A stretch of DNA of 64,000 nt from Candidatus Tayloriibacteriota bacterium. GTDB lineage: Bacteria; Patescibacteriota; Minisyncoccia; Phycocordibacterales; SIBU01. The notes beneath the pieces were generated by a model. The model made no database searches. It had not been told where the DNA came from and was given only the letters and a program-made list of their open reading frames with translations. This document shows, one piece after another, positions 1-7,610 of this stretch. Made by a program: the position numbers and the translations under genes. The stretch lies in the NCBI GenBank assembly GCA_016188455.1, contig JACPHR010000018.1:5079-69078 (forward strand), written 5' to 3'. Positions within the stretch are counted from its first letter, which is position 1, and every line of letters starts with the position of its first letter.

Positions 1-2
1 GC

Positions 3-224
3 AATGAGGCTTTTAAGGAGGTTTTAGGCCCTTTTAGAGGTGATTTAATGTACGGAAAAGGCGATTCCAAGCTTCTTGCGGGCAAGATTAAGAAGATTAC
101 AGAGCTTTCTGCTGATGACCGCCGAATGTTAGGTGAAGAGCTTCGTGCCATCGTAGTCCGAGACCACAGCCTTCGTTCTTTTGTTTCTAAAATTCTTTTT
201 GCCATCAAATTTTCAAAATCATGA
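3..224 (+). CDS. 3' end of a GT4-family glycosyltransferase (partial)
   Basis: Open frame NEAFKEVLG...GDSKLLAGKI...RAIVVRDHSL ends at TGA 222-224, overlapping the next ATG (ATGA); resembles a GT-B C-terminus. Confidence 0.6.
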   Translation, partial: NEAFKEVLGPFRGDLMYGKGDSKLLAGKIKKITELSADDRRMLGEELRAIVVRDHSLRSFVSKILFAIKFSKS

Positions 225-1021
225 GCAGTCATAAAATTCAATGCACTGTCGGCATTCTGACCCTAAACTCCGGAGCGACGATTAAAGCGGCGCTTGAGTC
301 GGTCACGGATTTTGCCGAAATAATTGTTTGCGACGGCGGTTCAACCGACGAAACTCTCTCTTTGGCGCGGGCCTATGGGACGCGAGTGATTTTTCAGGCG
401 CAGGAGTTTAAAGTAGAAAGAAACAAGATTGCCGATTTCGCCGGCGTGCGCAACCAGATGCTCGCGGCGGCGAGTTACCCGTGGTTTTTTTATCTTGATT
501 CGGACGAGCTGATGACGGCGGCTTTGGCGGCCGAAATGGCGGCGCTTATTTCCTCGGAACACCCCTCCGCCGCTTTTTGGGTGCCGCGAAAATATCAACT
601 TCGAGGCGAGGTTGTTGATTGCGCCGCCACCTATCCCACGAAGCAGGCGCGGTTTTTCCATCGGGACGCCGTGACCGGTTTTATCAAGACCATCCACGAG
701 AGAATTGAGGTGAAAACCGGCATGCCGCTTTTGAGATTGCGGCATTTCATGCTGGTGCCAATTAATGCTGACCCGGCCTTTCATCGCCGCAAGTGGCGCC
801 ATTACATTGAGCTTGAAGCGGTCCGCCGAGGAAGAATTTCTTTTTGGGAGTGGCTCTTGACCTGCGCCGAGAATTTTAAAATCTCGGCTCTTTACGGCTT
901 GCGCTACGTTCGCAATCTCTTTTTTTGCCGAGGCAGGCGCCTGCCGTGGCGGCTCGAATGGGAGCGGCACGCGTATCACGTAAACATTTGCAGGAGATTT
1001 TGGAAACTTGTTGGCAAATAA
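221..1021 (+). CDS. GT2 glycosyltransferase (beta-1,4-glucosyltransferase-like)
   Basis: ILTLNS, IVCDGGSTDET, DFAGVRN, YLDSDE, IHE motifs. Confidence 0.85.
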   Translation: MSSHKIQCTVGILTLNSGATIKAALESVTDFAEIIVCDGGSTDETLSLARAYGTRVIFQAQEFKVERNKIADFAGVRNQMLAAASYPWFFYLDSDELMTAALAAEMAALISSEHPSAAFWVPRKYQLRGEVVDCAATYPTKQARFFHRDAVTGFIKTIHERIEVKTGMPLLRLRHFMLVPINADPAFHRRKWRHYIELEAVRRGRISFWEWLLTCAENFKISALYGLRYVRNLFFCRGRRLPWRLEWERHAYHVNICRRFWKLVGK

Positions 1022-1051
1022 TTGAAAGAGTGTTTTTTGAGTATTTTTTTG

Positions 1052-1098
1052 GTATACCCCCACACCAATCTTGTAACAAGATTGGTGTGGGGGTATAC
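1052..1098. repeat. 47-bp near-perfect palindrome (CCCCACACCAA family)
   Basis: GTATACCCCCACACCAATCTTGT-A-ACAAGATTGGTGTGGGGGTATAC, 23-bp arms. Confidence 0.9.
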
Positions 1099-1111
1099 TT
1101 CCGGAATGAAT

Positions 1112-1279
1112 CCCGTTAGTCCCGCTTAGAAGTAAGAACTTCTAACGGGATTTGGAGGATACAGTCGTGAGGGACTTGTCCCGTTAGAAAATTAACCAAA
1201 CAATATATTACAACTTTCTGGCCAATCGTCACAAATACTTAAGTTATGTTAAATTTACAAAATTTAATTTTCTGACGGG
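1112..1279. mobile_element. Two adjacent family-B inverted-repeat elements (CCCGTTAG..CTRACGGG)
   Basis: CCCGTTAG 1112..TCTAACGGG 1149 and CCCGTTAGAAAATTAA 1180..TTAATTTTCTGACGGG 1279; outer flanks ATGAAT/ATGAAA; right end abuts ATG 1280. Confidence 0.8.
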
Positions 1280-2023
1280 ATGAAAAAACCAAAAGTCATT
1301 GTCGCACTGCCCGCCTACAACGCGGCGGCGACCCTTGAAAAAACTGTCGCTGACGTGCCGATGGAGTATGTTTCGGAATTTATTCTGGTTGATGACGTGA
1401 GCAAGGATGAGACATTTTCGGTTGCCAAAAGGCTGAAGTCAAAAATTTCAAAACCGTTTACCATTTACCAGCACGACCAAAATCTTGGCTACGGCGGTAA
1501 TCAAAAAACTTGCTATACTCTCGCGCTCAAGCGCGGCGCCGACATCGTGGTCATGCTCCACCCCGATTACCAATATGACCCTAAGCTTATAAAATATTTC
1601 GTTGAATTTATCCGCGACGGCTATTTTGACGTCGTGCTCGGTTCTCGGGTGCGCAGTCGGAAGGAAACCCTCGCCGGAGGCATGCCGCCGTACAAATATA
1701 TAGCCAATCGTTTGCTCACTTTATGGTACAACATGGTGAGCGGTTACAACTTGTCGGAATGGCATACCGGCATGCGGGCCTATTCAAGAAAGGCGCTTGA
1801 GACGATAGAGTTTGAAAAATTTTCCGACGACTTCGTTTTTGACACGCAAATGCTGTTCGCCATTGTCGGACATTCTTTCCGCGTCGGCGATATCCCGGTG
1901 CCGTGCCGCTATTTCAAAGAGGCCTCTTCCATCAATCTTCGCCGGAGCATTTGCTACGGCCTAGCCGGAGTCTGGGAATCTTTCAAGCACCTCGCCCGCC
2001 GGATTTTTAAGAGAGAAGTTTAG
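1280..2023 (+). CDS. GT2 glycosyltransferase (DPM1-like)
   Basis: LPAYNAA, LVDDVSKDET, NLGYGGNQK, MLHPDYQYDP, HTGMRAY. Confidence 0.9.
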   Translation: MKKPKVIVALPAYNAAATLEKTVADVPMEYVSEFILVDDVSKDETFSVAKRLKSKISKPFTIYQHDQNLGYGGNQKTCYTLALKRGADIVVMLHPDYQYDPKLIKYFVEFIRDGYFDVVLGSRVRSRKETLAGGMPPYKYIANRLLTLWYNMVSGYNLSEWHTGMRAYSRKALETIEFEKFSDDFVFDTQMLFAIVGHSFRVGDIPVPCRYFKEASSINLRRSICYGLAGVWESFKHLARRIFKREV

Positions 2024-2858
2024 TTTTTTCAAGCACCGGTTTCCACTCGGTTTTCAAATAGTCCACCAGCGCCTTTTGCCACGGGCGCATCAGATTTATT
2101 TTTGAAGTCAAAGCTTCATTGGCCACTCGTTTGGCCGGCAATTTAAAATGGCTTGAGCCAACGGGGATGACCGGCACTTTCTGTTTTAGAGTTTCAACGA
2201 TGAGTTTTGCCACGTCACAGCGCGACCCGCGCCCCTTGCCCGCGAGGTGATAAAGACCCCGCGCGTCTTTAGCGATCAGTTTTTTCAGAGCGCCGACCAA
2301 ATCTTTGGCATAGGTGGGCGAGCCCCAGCAATCGTCCAGAGCTTTGATTGCCGGTTTCTGGAACTGGGCGATGATTTTTGCCACGAACTTTTTGTCTTTT
2401 TTCGGCCCGCCGCCGAACATCCAGCAGGCGCGGGCGATAATATAATCCTTGAGCAGGCTTTGGATGACCAGTTCGCCTAAATATTTTGAACGGCCGTAGT
2501 GATTTTGCGGCCGGCCGGGATCGCTTTCCCGATAGAGACCTTTTTTCAGGCCGTCAAAAATGCCCGCCGTGGAGACATAAACCAGTTTGGCGCCGACCGC
2601 TCGGGCGGCGAGTGCCACATTATAAGTGCCGACGCTGTTTACGAGATAGGCTTGAGCCGGATTTTTTTCGCAGTAATCAAGGTCGGTGAGCGCCGCCAGA
2701 TGGATAATGGTTTTTGAGCGGTGGTTTTTGACGGCACTGAGCACCGCTTGGCCGTCGGTCACGTCAAGCTCGGCTCTGTTAAATTTTTTGCCGAAATCAA
2801 TATAAGAGCCGACCATGCCGTCGCCGCCTATGGTTAGGATTTGGGAAAGCGTCTTCAT
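2007..2858 (-). CDS. rmlD: dTDP-4-dehydrorhamnose reductase
   Basis: GGDGMVG, HLAALTDLD, YGRSK, GSPTY; follows rmlB-rmlA. Confidence 0.85.
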   Translation of the reverse strand: MKTLSQILTIGGDGMVGSYIDFGKKFNRAELDVTDGQAVLSAVKNHRSKTIIHLAALTDLDYCEKNPAQAYLVNSVGTYNVALAARAVGAKLVYVSTAGIFDGLKKGLYRESDPGRPQNHYGRSKYLGELVIQSLLKDYIIARACWMFGGGPKKDKKFVAKIIAQFQKPAIKALDDCWGSPTYAKDLVGALKKLIAKDARGLYHLAGKGRGSRCDVAKLIVETLKQKVPVIPVGSSHFKLPAKRVANEALTSKINLMRPWQKALVDYLKTEWKPVLEKTKLLS

Positions 2859-3595
2859 GATTTCGGGGCTCTTTGGGCGATGGTGTTGCTGGCCTGAAGC
2901 AGGGAATCAAACATGCCGACGTCAAACCAGAAGCCGGAAACGAATGAGAAACCGAGTTTGCCGCGCTTGAGGTACTCATTATTGGTGTCGGTGACTTCCA
3001 GTTCGCCTCGAGCGGAAGGTTTCAGTTTTTTAATATAAGAAAAGACTTTGGAATCGTATAAATAAAAACCGGTCTGGGCGTATTCGGACTTTGGTTTTTT
3101 CGGTTTTTCTTCTATGGCGAGGAGCTTTTTGCCGCTTTTGTCAAAGACCGCCACGCCGAACCGTTCCGGGTCGGGCACTTTTTTGAAAAACACCATGGCG
3201 CCGGTTTTAAATTCCGAGACGGCTTTGGAAAAGTTATCCTCAAAAATGTTGTCGCCTAAAATCACCGCGACGTTGTTTCGGTCGGCGAAATCTTCGGCAT
3301 ACAGCAGCGCGTCGGAAATGCCGCCGTTATTTTTGTCTTGGAGAGCGTAAGATAGTTTGACGCCGAATTCCTTGCCTGAGCCCAAGAAATTCATAAAGTG
3401 GCCGGCATGCTCCCGACCGCAAACAATCATGATTTCGGTAAGCCCGGAGCGTTTGAGAGTTTCTATGCCGTAAAGAATCATCGGTTTGTCGTAAACCGGC
3501 AAGAGGTGCTTATTGGTGATTTTGGTGAGCGGGTGGAGGCGCGTGCCAAGACCTCCAGCTAGTATTACGCCCTTCATGTTTGATTTATTCGCCAT
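2855..3595 (-). CDS. rmlA: Glucose-1-phosphate thymidylyltransferase (short form)
   Basis: GVILAGGLGTRLHPLT, KHLLPVYDKPMI, EEKP, SARGELE; start set at 3595 (or 3577). Confidence 0.9.
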   Translation of the reverse strand: MANKSNMKGVILAGGLGTRLHPLTKITNKHLLPVYDKPMILYGIETLKRSGLTEIMIVCGREHAGHFMNFLGSGKEFGVKLSYALQDKNNGGISDALLYAEDFADRNNVAVILGDNIFEDNFSKAVSEFKTGAMVFFKKVPDPERFGVAVFDKSGKKLLAIEEKPKKPKSEYAQTGFYLYDSKVFSYIKKLKPSARGELEVTDTNNEYLKRGKLGFSFVSGFWFDVGMFDSLLQASNTIAQRAPKS

Positions 3596-3612
3596 ATTTT
3601 TTCTATTTTCTA

Positions 3613-3636
3613 CCTGCCCGACTACATTCAGGCGGG
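3613..3636. repeat. Small REP-like palindrome overlapping the rmlB stop
   Basis: CCTGCCCGACTACATTCAGGCGGG; supplies the last codons (KPA*) of rmlB. Confidence 0.45.
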
Positions 3637-4701
3637 TTTTCCATTTTCTTTTTTTATTTGATGCGCTTTCCATAAATCAATGTGGGGGTTGAAGACGCCG
3701 GTTCGCTTGCGCACCCGGTCTATCCATTTTGGGTTGTCTATATACCACTGCACGGTATCGCTAAAAGCCTTTTCAAAGGAATGGGTCGGCTGCCAGCCAA
3801 GTTCCGCGCGGATTCTTTTCGGATCAATAGCGTAACGGCGGTCGTGCCCTGGCCGGTCTCCCACATATTCTAGCCAACTTTCGTCGCGATTAAAATATTT
3901 TAAAATTCGGCGCGCGATGCCGGTGTTGTCCAGCTCGTTGTTTGCCCCAATATGATACACGCCGCCCGCAGCGCCTTGAAGCAGGCAAAGCTCCAAGGCG
4001 TGGCAGTGGTCCAATACGTAAATCCAATCTCTCACATGCTTGCCGTCGCCGTAAAGCGGCAGTTTTTTGTTTTCAAGCATCCGCGTGACGAAGAAGGGAA
4101 TAATTTTTTCCGGATACTGGTACGGGCCGTAGTTGTTTGAACAGTGGGTGACGACTACGGGCACTTGCCAGGTTGAATGGTAGGCTCGGCAGAGGAGGTC
4201 GCCTCCCGCCTTGGTGGCGGCGTAGGGCACGTTCGGCGCGAAGAGCGTGTATTCGTTAAACTTCTCTTTGGAATCAAGCGACAAGCTTCCATGCACTTCA
4301 TCAGTTGAAATTTGAACGTATTTTATAACCGTGGGGCTTGCTTTAACCGCTTCCAAAATGTTAAAAACCCCCTGAATGTTTGTTTTGATGAACTCAAGCG
4401 CGCCGACATGAATGCTTCGGTCCACGTGGGTTTCGGCGGCGCAGTTTAGGCAATAATCCGGCTGATGTTTTTTGAACGCGGCCGAAATGGTTTTTTCCTC
4501 CGCGATGTCTCCTTTGACGAAAGCATAGCGTTTGTCTCCCGCGATGTCTCCGAGATTGTCAAGGTTGCCGGAGTAGGTGAGCTTGTCCAGATTGACGATT
4601 TTGACGCGCGGGTATTTCCCCAGAATATAATGGATAAAATTGGAGCCGATGAAACCCGCGCCGCCGCAGACGAGGATGGTTTTGTCGTTAAAGGTTGCCA
4701 T
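3628..4701 (-). CDS. rmlB: dTDP-glucose 4,6-dehydratase
   Basis: GGAGFIGSNF, DKLTYSGN, AAETHVDRSI, STDEV, NNYGPYQYPEK, DRPGHDRRY. Confidence 0.95.
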   Translation of the reverse strand: MATFNDKTILVCGGAGFIGSNFIHYILGKYPRVKIVNLDKLTYSGNLDNLGDIAGDKRYAFVKGDIAEEKTISAAFKKHQPDYCLNCAAETHVDRSIHVGALEFIKTNIQGVFNILEAVKASPTVIKYVQISTDEVHGSLSLDSKEKFNEYTLFAPNVPYAATKAGGDLLCRAYHSTWQVPVVVTHCSNNYGPYQYPEKIIPFFVTRMLENKKLPLYGDGKHVRDWIYVLDHCHALELCLLQGAAGGVYHIGANNELDNTGIARRILKYFNRDESWLEYVGDRPGHDRRYAIDPKRIRAELGWQPTHSFEKAFSDTVQWYIDNPKWIDRVRKRTGVFNPHIDLWKAHQIKKENGKPA

Positions 4702-4771
4702 AGGATAGCTATTATACAGGGCTTCATCATGTCATTTTCAATCTCAAAAATCAAGAAAGCCTTGTTTGAAA

Positions 4772-5066
4772 TGAATTACGAAACTCCCTGAGGCACCTCT
4801 CCGAAAGGGGTGAGACGTGCAGGGAGCACGTCGCAAGACCTTGAGTACTCCGTCTTCGGAGAGCGAAAGGTGTACAGTTCCTGTAGGGAATAGGAGCGGC
4901 CGGCGCCGCAACTTCAGCCCAGCACCATTTTTACCGAATAAATGACGATTGACTTGTTTGGGTTCTAAGAGTAAAAACTTTTTTAATGAATTACAGATTG
5001 CTCTGTGAAAATGGTGCTGGGCGTACCCTTCCCCACAGGTGCCGAGGGAAGGAGTTTCATAATTCA
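4772..5066. mobile_element. Family-A-ended element with structured interior and a nested family-D element
   Basis: TGAATTACGAAACTCC 4772-4787 / GGAGTTTCATAATTCA 5051-5066; nested GCCCAGCACCATTTT 4917..AAAATGGTGCTGGGC 5022. Confidence 0.8.
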
Positions 5067-5109
5067 AATAGCATTGCGCTAGGGGATTTTTTTATCTATC
5101 ATTACCGCT

Positions 5110-6570
5110 ATGTCGTTTCTTAAAATAGGTTCGGAGCGGCTAAAAAATTTTACCCGAGTTCATTGGCACTGGCTTGTTTTAGGAGCGGTTCTGTGCGCCG
5201 TGGTTATTTGGTCGTCCGGAACGCTTTTGACCAAACCGAAGCTTTGGATTGATGAAGCCATGACCATAAACACCGCCAGGAGTTTTATGACGCACGGAGT
5301 GCTTAGCCCGGAAACCGCGCCCAATACTTTTTTTCAGTTTCCTCATCTTGTGCAATCCACCGGTTACCCGCTGACCCTAACCCTGGCGGGCTTCTTTAAA
5401 GTTTTCGGTTACGGTTTCTATCAGGCCAGGATTTTGATGCTCCTCTGGATAGTTGCAGCCTTGTCCTTAGTTTTTTTTCTGGCCAAGAAATTATTTTCCC
5501 GGGAGCAGGCCTGTTGGAGCCTGCTCCTTATCTCGAGCTTCGCCTCGTTTTACGCCAATGGCCGCACGGCGGTGGGGGAGATACCGGGGTTTGCGTTTTT
5601 ATTGGCCGGATTCTACTTTATGCTTGTTCGGCGGCGGTACTTTTGGGCGGGCATTTTTTGGGGACTCTCGGTGGTAACCAAGCCGTCGGTTTTCGGACTC
5701 GTTATACCGGCGATTTTTCTAACTTTTCTTTTAGAACGGTCCGGTTTTTTCCGGAAAATCGTCCCTCTAGCTTTAGGCATGATGCCGGCGGCCGTAGTTT
5801 GGATATTGCTCTTGGTGCCGCGGCCTTTTAACGGAGAAACATGGCTGAGCATCGCCCATTTTTACAAAAACCCCTACAGCTCGTCCATTGCCGGCAATGT
5901 CATTCGCAACCTCTCGGGCGTTTTTCATTCAACCACCCTTATTTATTTCGGCTTATTTTTCTTGCTTGTTTTGGGCGCGCGCTTGCTTCTGAAAGAAACC
6001 AGACTTAGCAGCCTCTATACCTTTACGCTTGTTTATAGTTTGTTGGCTTTTGTCTATTACCTGCGCAGTCCGGGCTGGCTTAGGTATATTTTGATTGCCG
6101 AGCTTTTAATCCTTTTTATTCTGCCGCCTGTTATCGGCGCCCTGACGGCCTATGCCAAAGAGCGTCTAAAGAAAGTTTCAATGAACGCCAATACGTTTGC
6201 CAACTTCATTTTGGGATTTTTGGTCATAGTCCAAATCGCGCAAATGTTCACTATAGCTAAAATTTTTGCCGGCGATAACGCCCTGCGAACCGCCGTTTAT
6301 CTGGAGAAGAATTTTCCCGACAGCGCCATCGGCCTGCTCAACGCTCCGGAGCTCGCCATTCTCCTCAATCCCTCCCGGGTTTTTTTGGCCGTTTATCTGA
6401 CCGGCTTGCCCATTATCGGCGAGAATCCTCTGTTGCTCTCAAAGCCGCCGGCGGTCATCGTCTCTCCCACGGGCAACCCTTTCGCGGCTGAAGGCCGGAA
6501 AATTCTCTATGAGCGCTACGGGTCGTCCTCGGTTGCCGGCGGTTACGGCATCTATAAGCGGTCGCGGTAA
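5110..6570 (+). CDS. GT-C membrane glycosyltransferase (ArnT/PMT-like)
   Basis: WIDE after the first TM helix, many TM helices, ARxL, GE and TKP motifs. Confidence 0.75.
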   Translation: MSFLKIGSERLKNFTRVHWHWLVLGAVLCAVVIWSSGTLLTKPKLWIDEAMTINTARSFMTHGVLSPETAPNTFFQFPHLVQSTGYPLTLTLAGFFKVFGYGFYQARILMLLWIVAALSLVFFLAKKLFSREQACWSLLLISSFASFYANGRTAVGEIPGFAFLLAGFYFMLVRRRYFWAGIFWGLSVVTKPSVFGLVIPAIFLTFLLERSGFFRKIVPLALGMMPAAVVWILLLVPRPFNGETWLSIAHFYKNPYSSSIAGNVIRNLSGVFHSTTLIYFGLFFLLVLGARLLLKETRLSSLYTFTLVYSLLAFVYYLRSPGWLRYILIAELLILFILPPVIGALTAYAKERLKKVSMNANTFANFILGFLVIVQIAQMFTIAKIFAGDNALRTAVYLEKNFPDSAIGLLNAPELAILLNPSRVFLAVYLTGLPIIGENPLLLSKPPAVIVSPTGNPFAAEGRKILYERYGSSSVAGGYGIYKRSR

Positions 6571-6612
6571 AACGGAAACCTATCACCTTTTACCCGGGGA
6601 GAAAATCAAAAT

Positions 6613-6879
6613 ATGAAAAAGAAAAATAAAATGCGAATAAAATACGACCCTGACGCTGATGTGCTAAGCGCGTCGCGGGGCGAAATAAAAGACATTGACC
6701 ACGCGGAGGAAATGGGCGACATCATTCTCCATGTGAACCGAAAAGATGAGCCGGTGCTCGTTGAGGTGCTTAATGCTTCAAAAATCTTTCTGCGCCCCAT
6801 ACTCGGAGCTCTAAAATCTGACGCATCACCGCGCCGCGGCCGTGCCCGCTCCACCCCGCGCAAATTGGTTACCGCATAA
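6613..6879 (+). CDS. DUF2283-family protein
   Basis: MRIKYDPDADVL...HAEEMGDIILH...VEVLNASK. Confidence 0.75.
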   Translation: MKKKNKMRIKYDPDADVLSASRGEIKDIDHAEEMGDIILHVNRKDEPVLVEVLNASKIFLRPILGALKSDASPRRGRARSTPRKLVTA

Positions 6880-6951
6880 TCTTTTTTTCTTTCCTCCTAA
6901 AACAAACCTTGCGGTTCCTTTAAGCGAAGTACATCGGGGCGGCTTTTGGTG

Positions 6952-7212
6952 TCACCTATAAATCTCGTGGTCGCCGACGGCAAGCAAAACAACCTCGTTT
7001 TTTGAAACATAATTGAACACAATCCTGATTTTATAATTAACTGAAAAACCATACCGGTCTTGGAGAGGTCCGTGCAATTTATGCACCTTAAGCTGTCGGT
7101 GACTCCGCGGGTTTTTAAGTAACTCAATTTTCTCCAACACTTCATTTTGCAACACCTCTTCAAGATTATTGAATTGTCGTATGAACGTCGCCTTGTAGGC
7201 TATTTTAATCAT
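6952..7212 (-). CDS. RelE/ParE-family toxin
   Basis: 86 aa, LKVHKLHG, FSVNYKIRIVF, VGDHEIY; ATGA-coupled to the upstream antitoxin. Confidence 0.85.
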   Translation of the reverse strand: MIKIAYKATFIRQFNNLEEVLQNEVLEKIELLKNPRSHRQLKVHKLHGPLQDRYGFSVNYKIRIVFNYVSKNEVVLLAVGDHEIYR

Positions 7213-7424
7213 TTCGTTCGCAGTTTCCGCGCCAGCACTTTTAAGTCTCCTCTCAAAATTGGCTCCCGCTCCGCCCGAAGCACCGCTTGCACCGCTTCTT
7301 CTTCCGAAAGAAGTTTCAAAGCAGTTCGAACTACCGCGGCCTTGTTTGGTGAGCGGCCGCTCTTTACCTGCCGATTGATGAATTCTTCAAGATGCGCCGG
7401 CAATGGTACCGAGAGTGTAGTCAT
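7209..7424 (-). CDS. Ribbon-helix-helix (ParD-like) antitoxin
   Basis: MTTLSVPLPAHLEEFINRQVKSGRSPNKAAVVRTAL; start reset to ATG 7424. Confidence 0.8.
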   Translation of the reverse strand: MTTLSVPLPAHLEEFINRQVKSGRSPNKAAVVRTALKLLSEEEAVQAVLRAEREPILRGDLKVLARKLRTK

Positions 7425-7441
7425 AAATGTATGATAATCTA

Positions 7442-7480
7442 ATATGATAATATCATATACCCTCGGCTTTTCCTTGTCAA
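7442..7480 (-). promoter_or_regulatory. Sigma70 promoter and operator of the TA pair
   Basis: TTGACA (7480-7475), 17 bp, TATGAT (7457-7452); palindrome ATATGATAATATCATAT 7442-7458 overlaps the -10. Confidence 0.7.
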
Positions 7481-7499
7481 ATAAATCTCGGTGATTTAT

Positions 7500-7529
7500 T
7501 TGACCCTGAGGCTTTGTCGAATGGGTCAA
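7500..7529. repeat. REP-like imperfect palindrome (CCCTGAG..GTCGAA.GGG type)
   Basis: TTGACCCTGAGGCTTTGTCGAATGGGTCAA; a second small hairpin GCCTCGCCGTCCGGCCGAGGC lies ~20 bp downstream. Confidence 0.55.
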
Positions 7530-7610
7530 GAGGCGCGGGCTAAAACAGCCTCGCCGTCCGGCCGAGGCATAGGTGGAATTGGCAGAGAGCGACAAAACTG
7601 CTCGGTAGAA

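Noticed and set aside
341-1063. Long antisense ORFs (also 23375-24076, 40936-41598, 51168-51896, 62426-62911)
   Set aside because: Shadows of well-supported genes on the other strand, with no recognisable motifs
4744-5067. Small ORFs made of repeat sequence (also 9881-10072, 18946-19221, 39518-39880, 45340-45576)
   Set aside because: Translations of palindromic elements with no independent coding evidence
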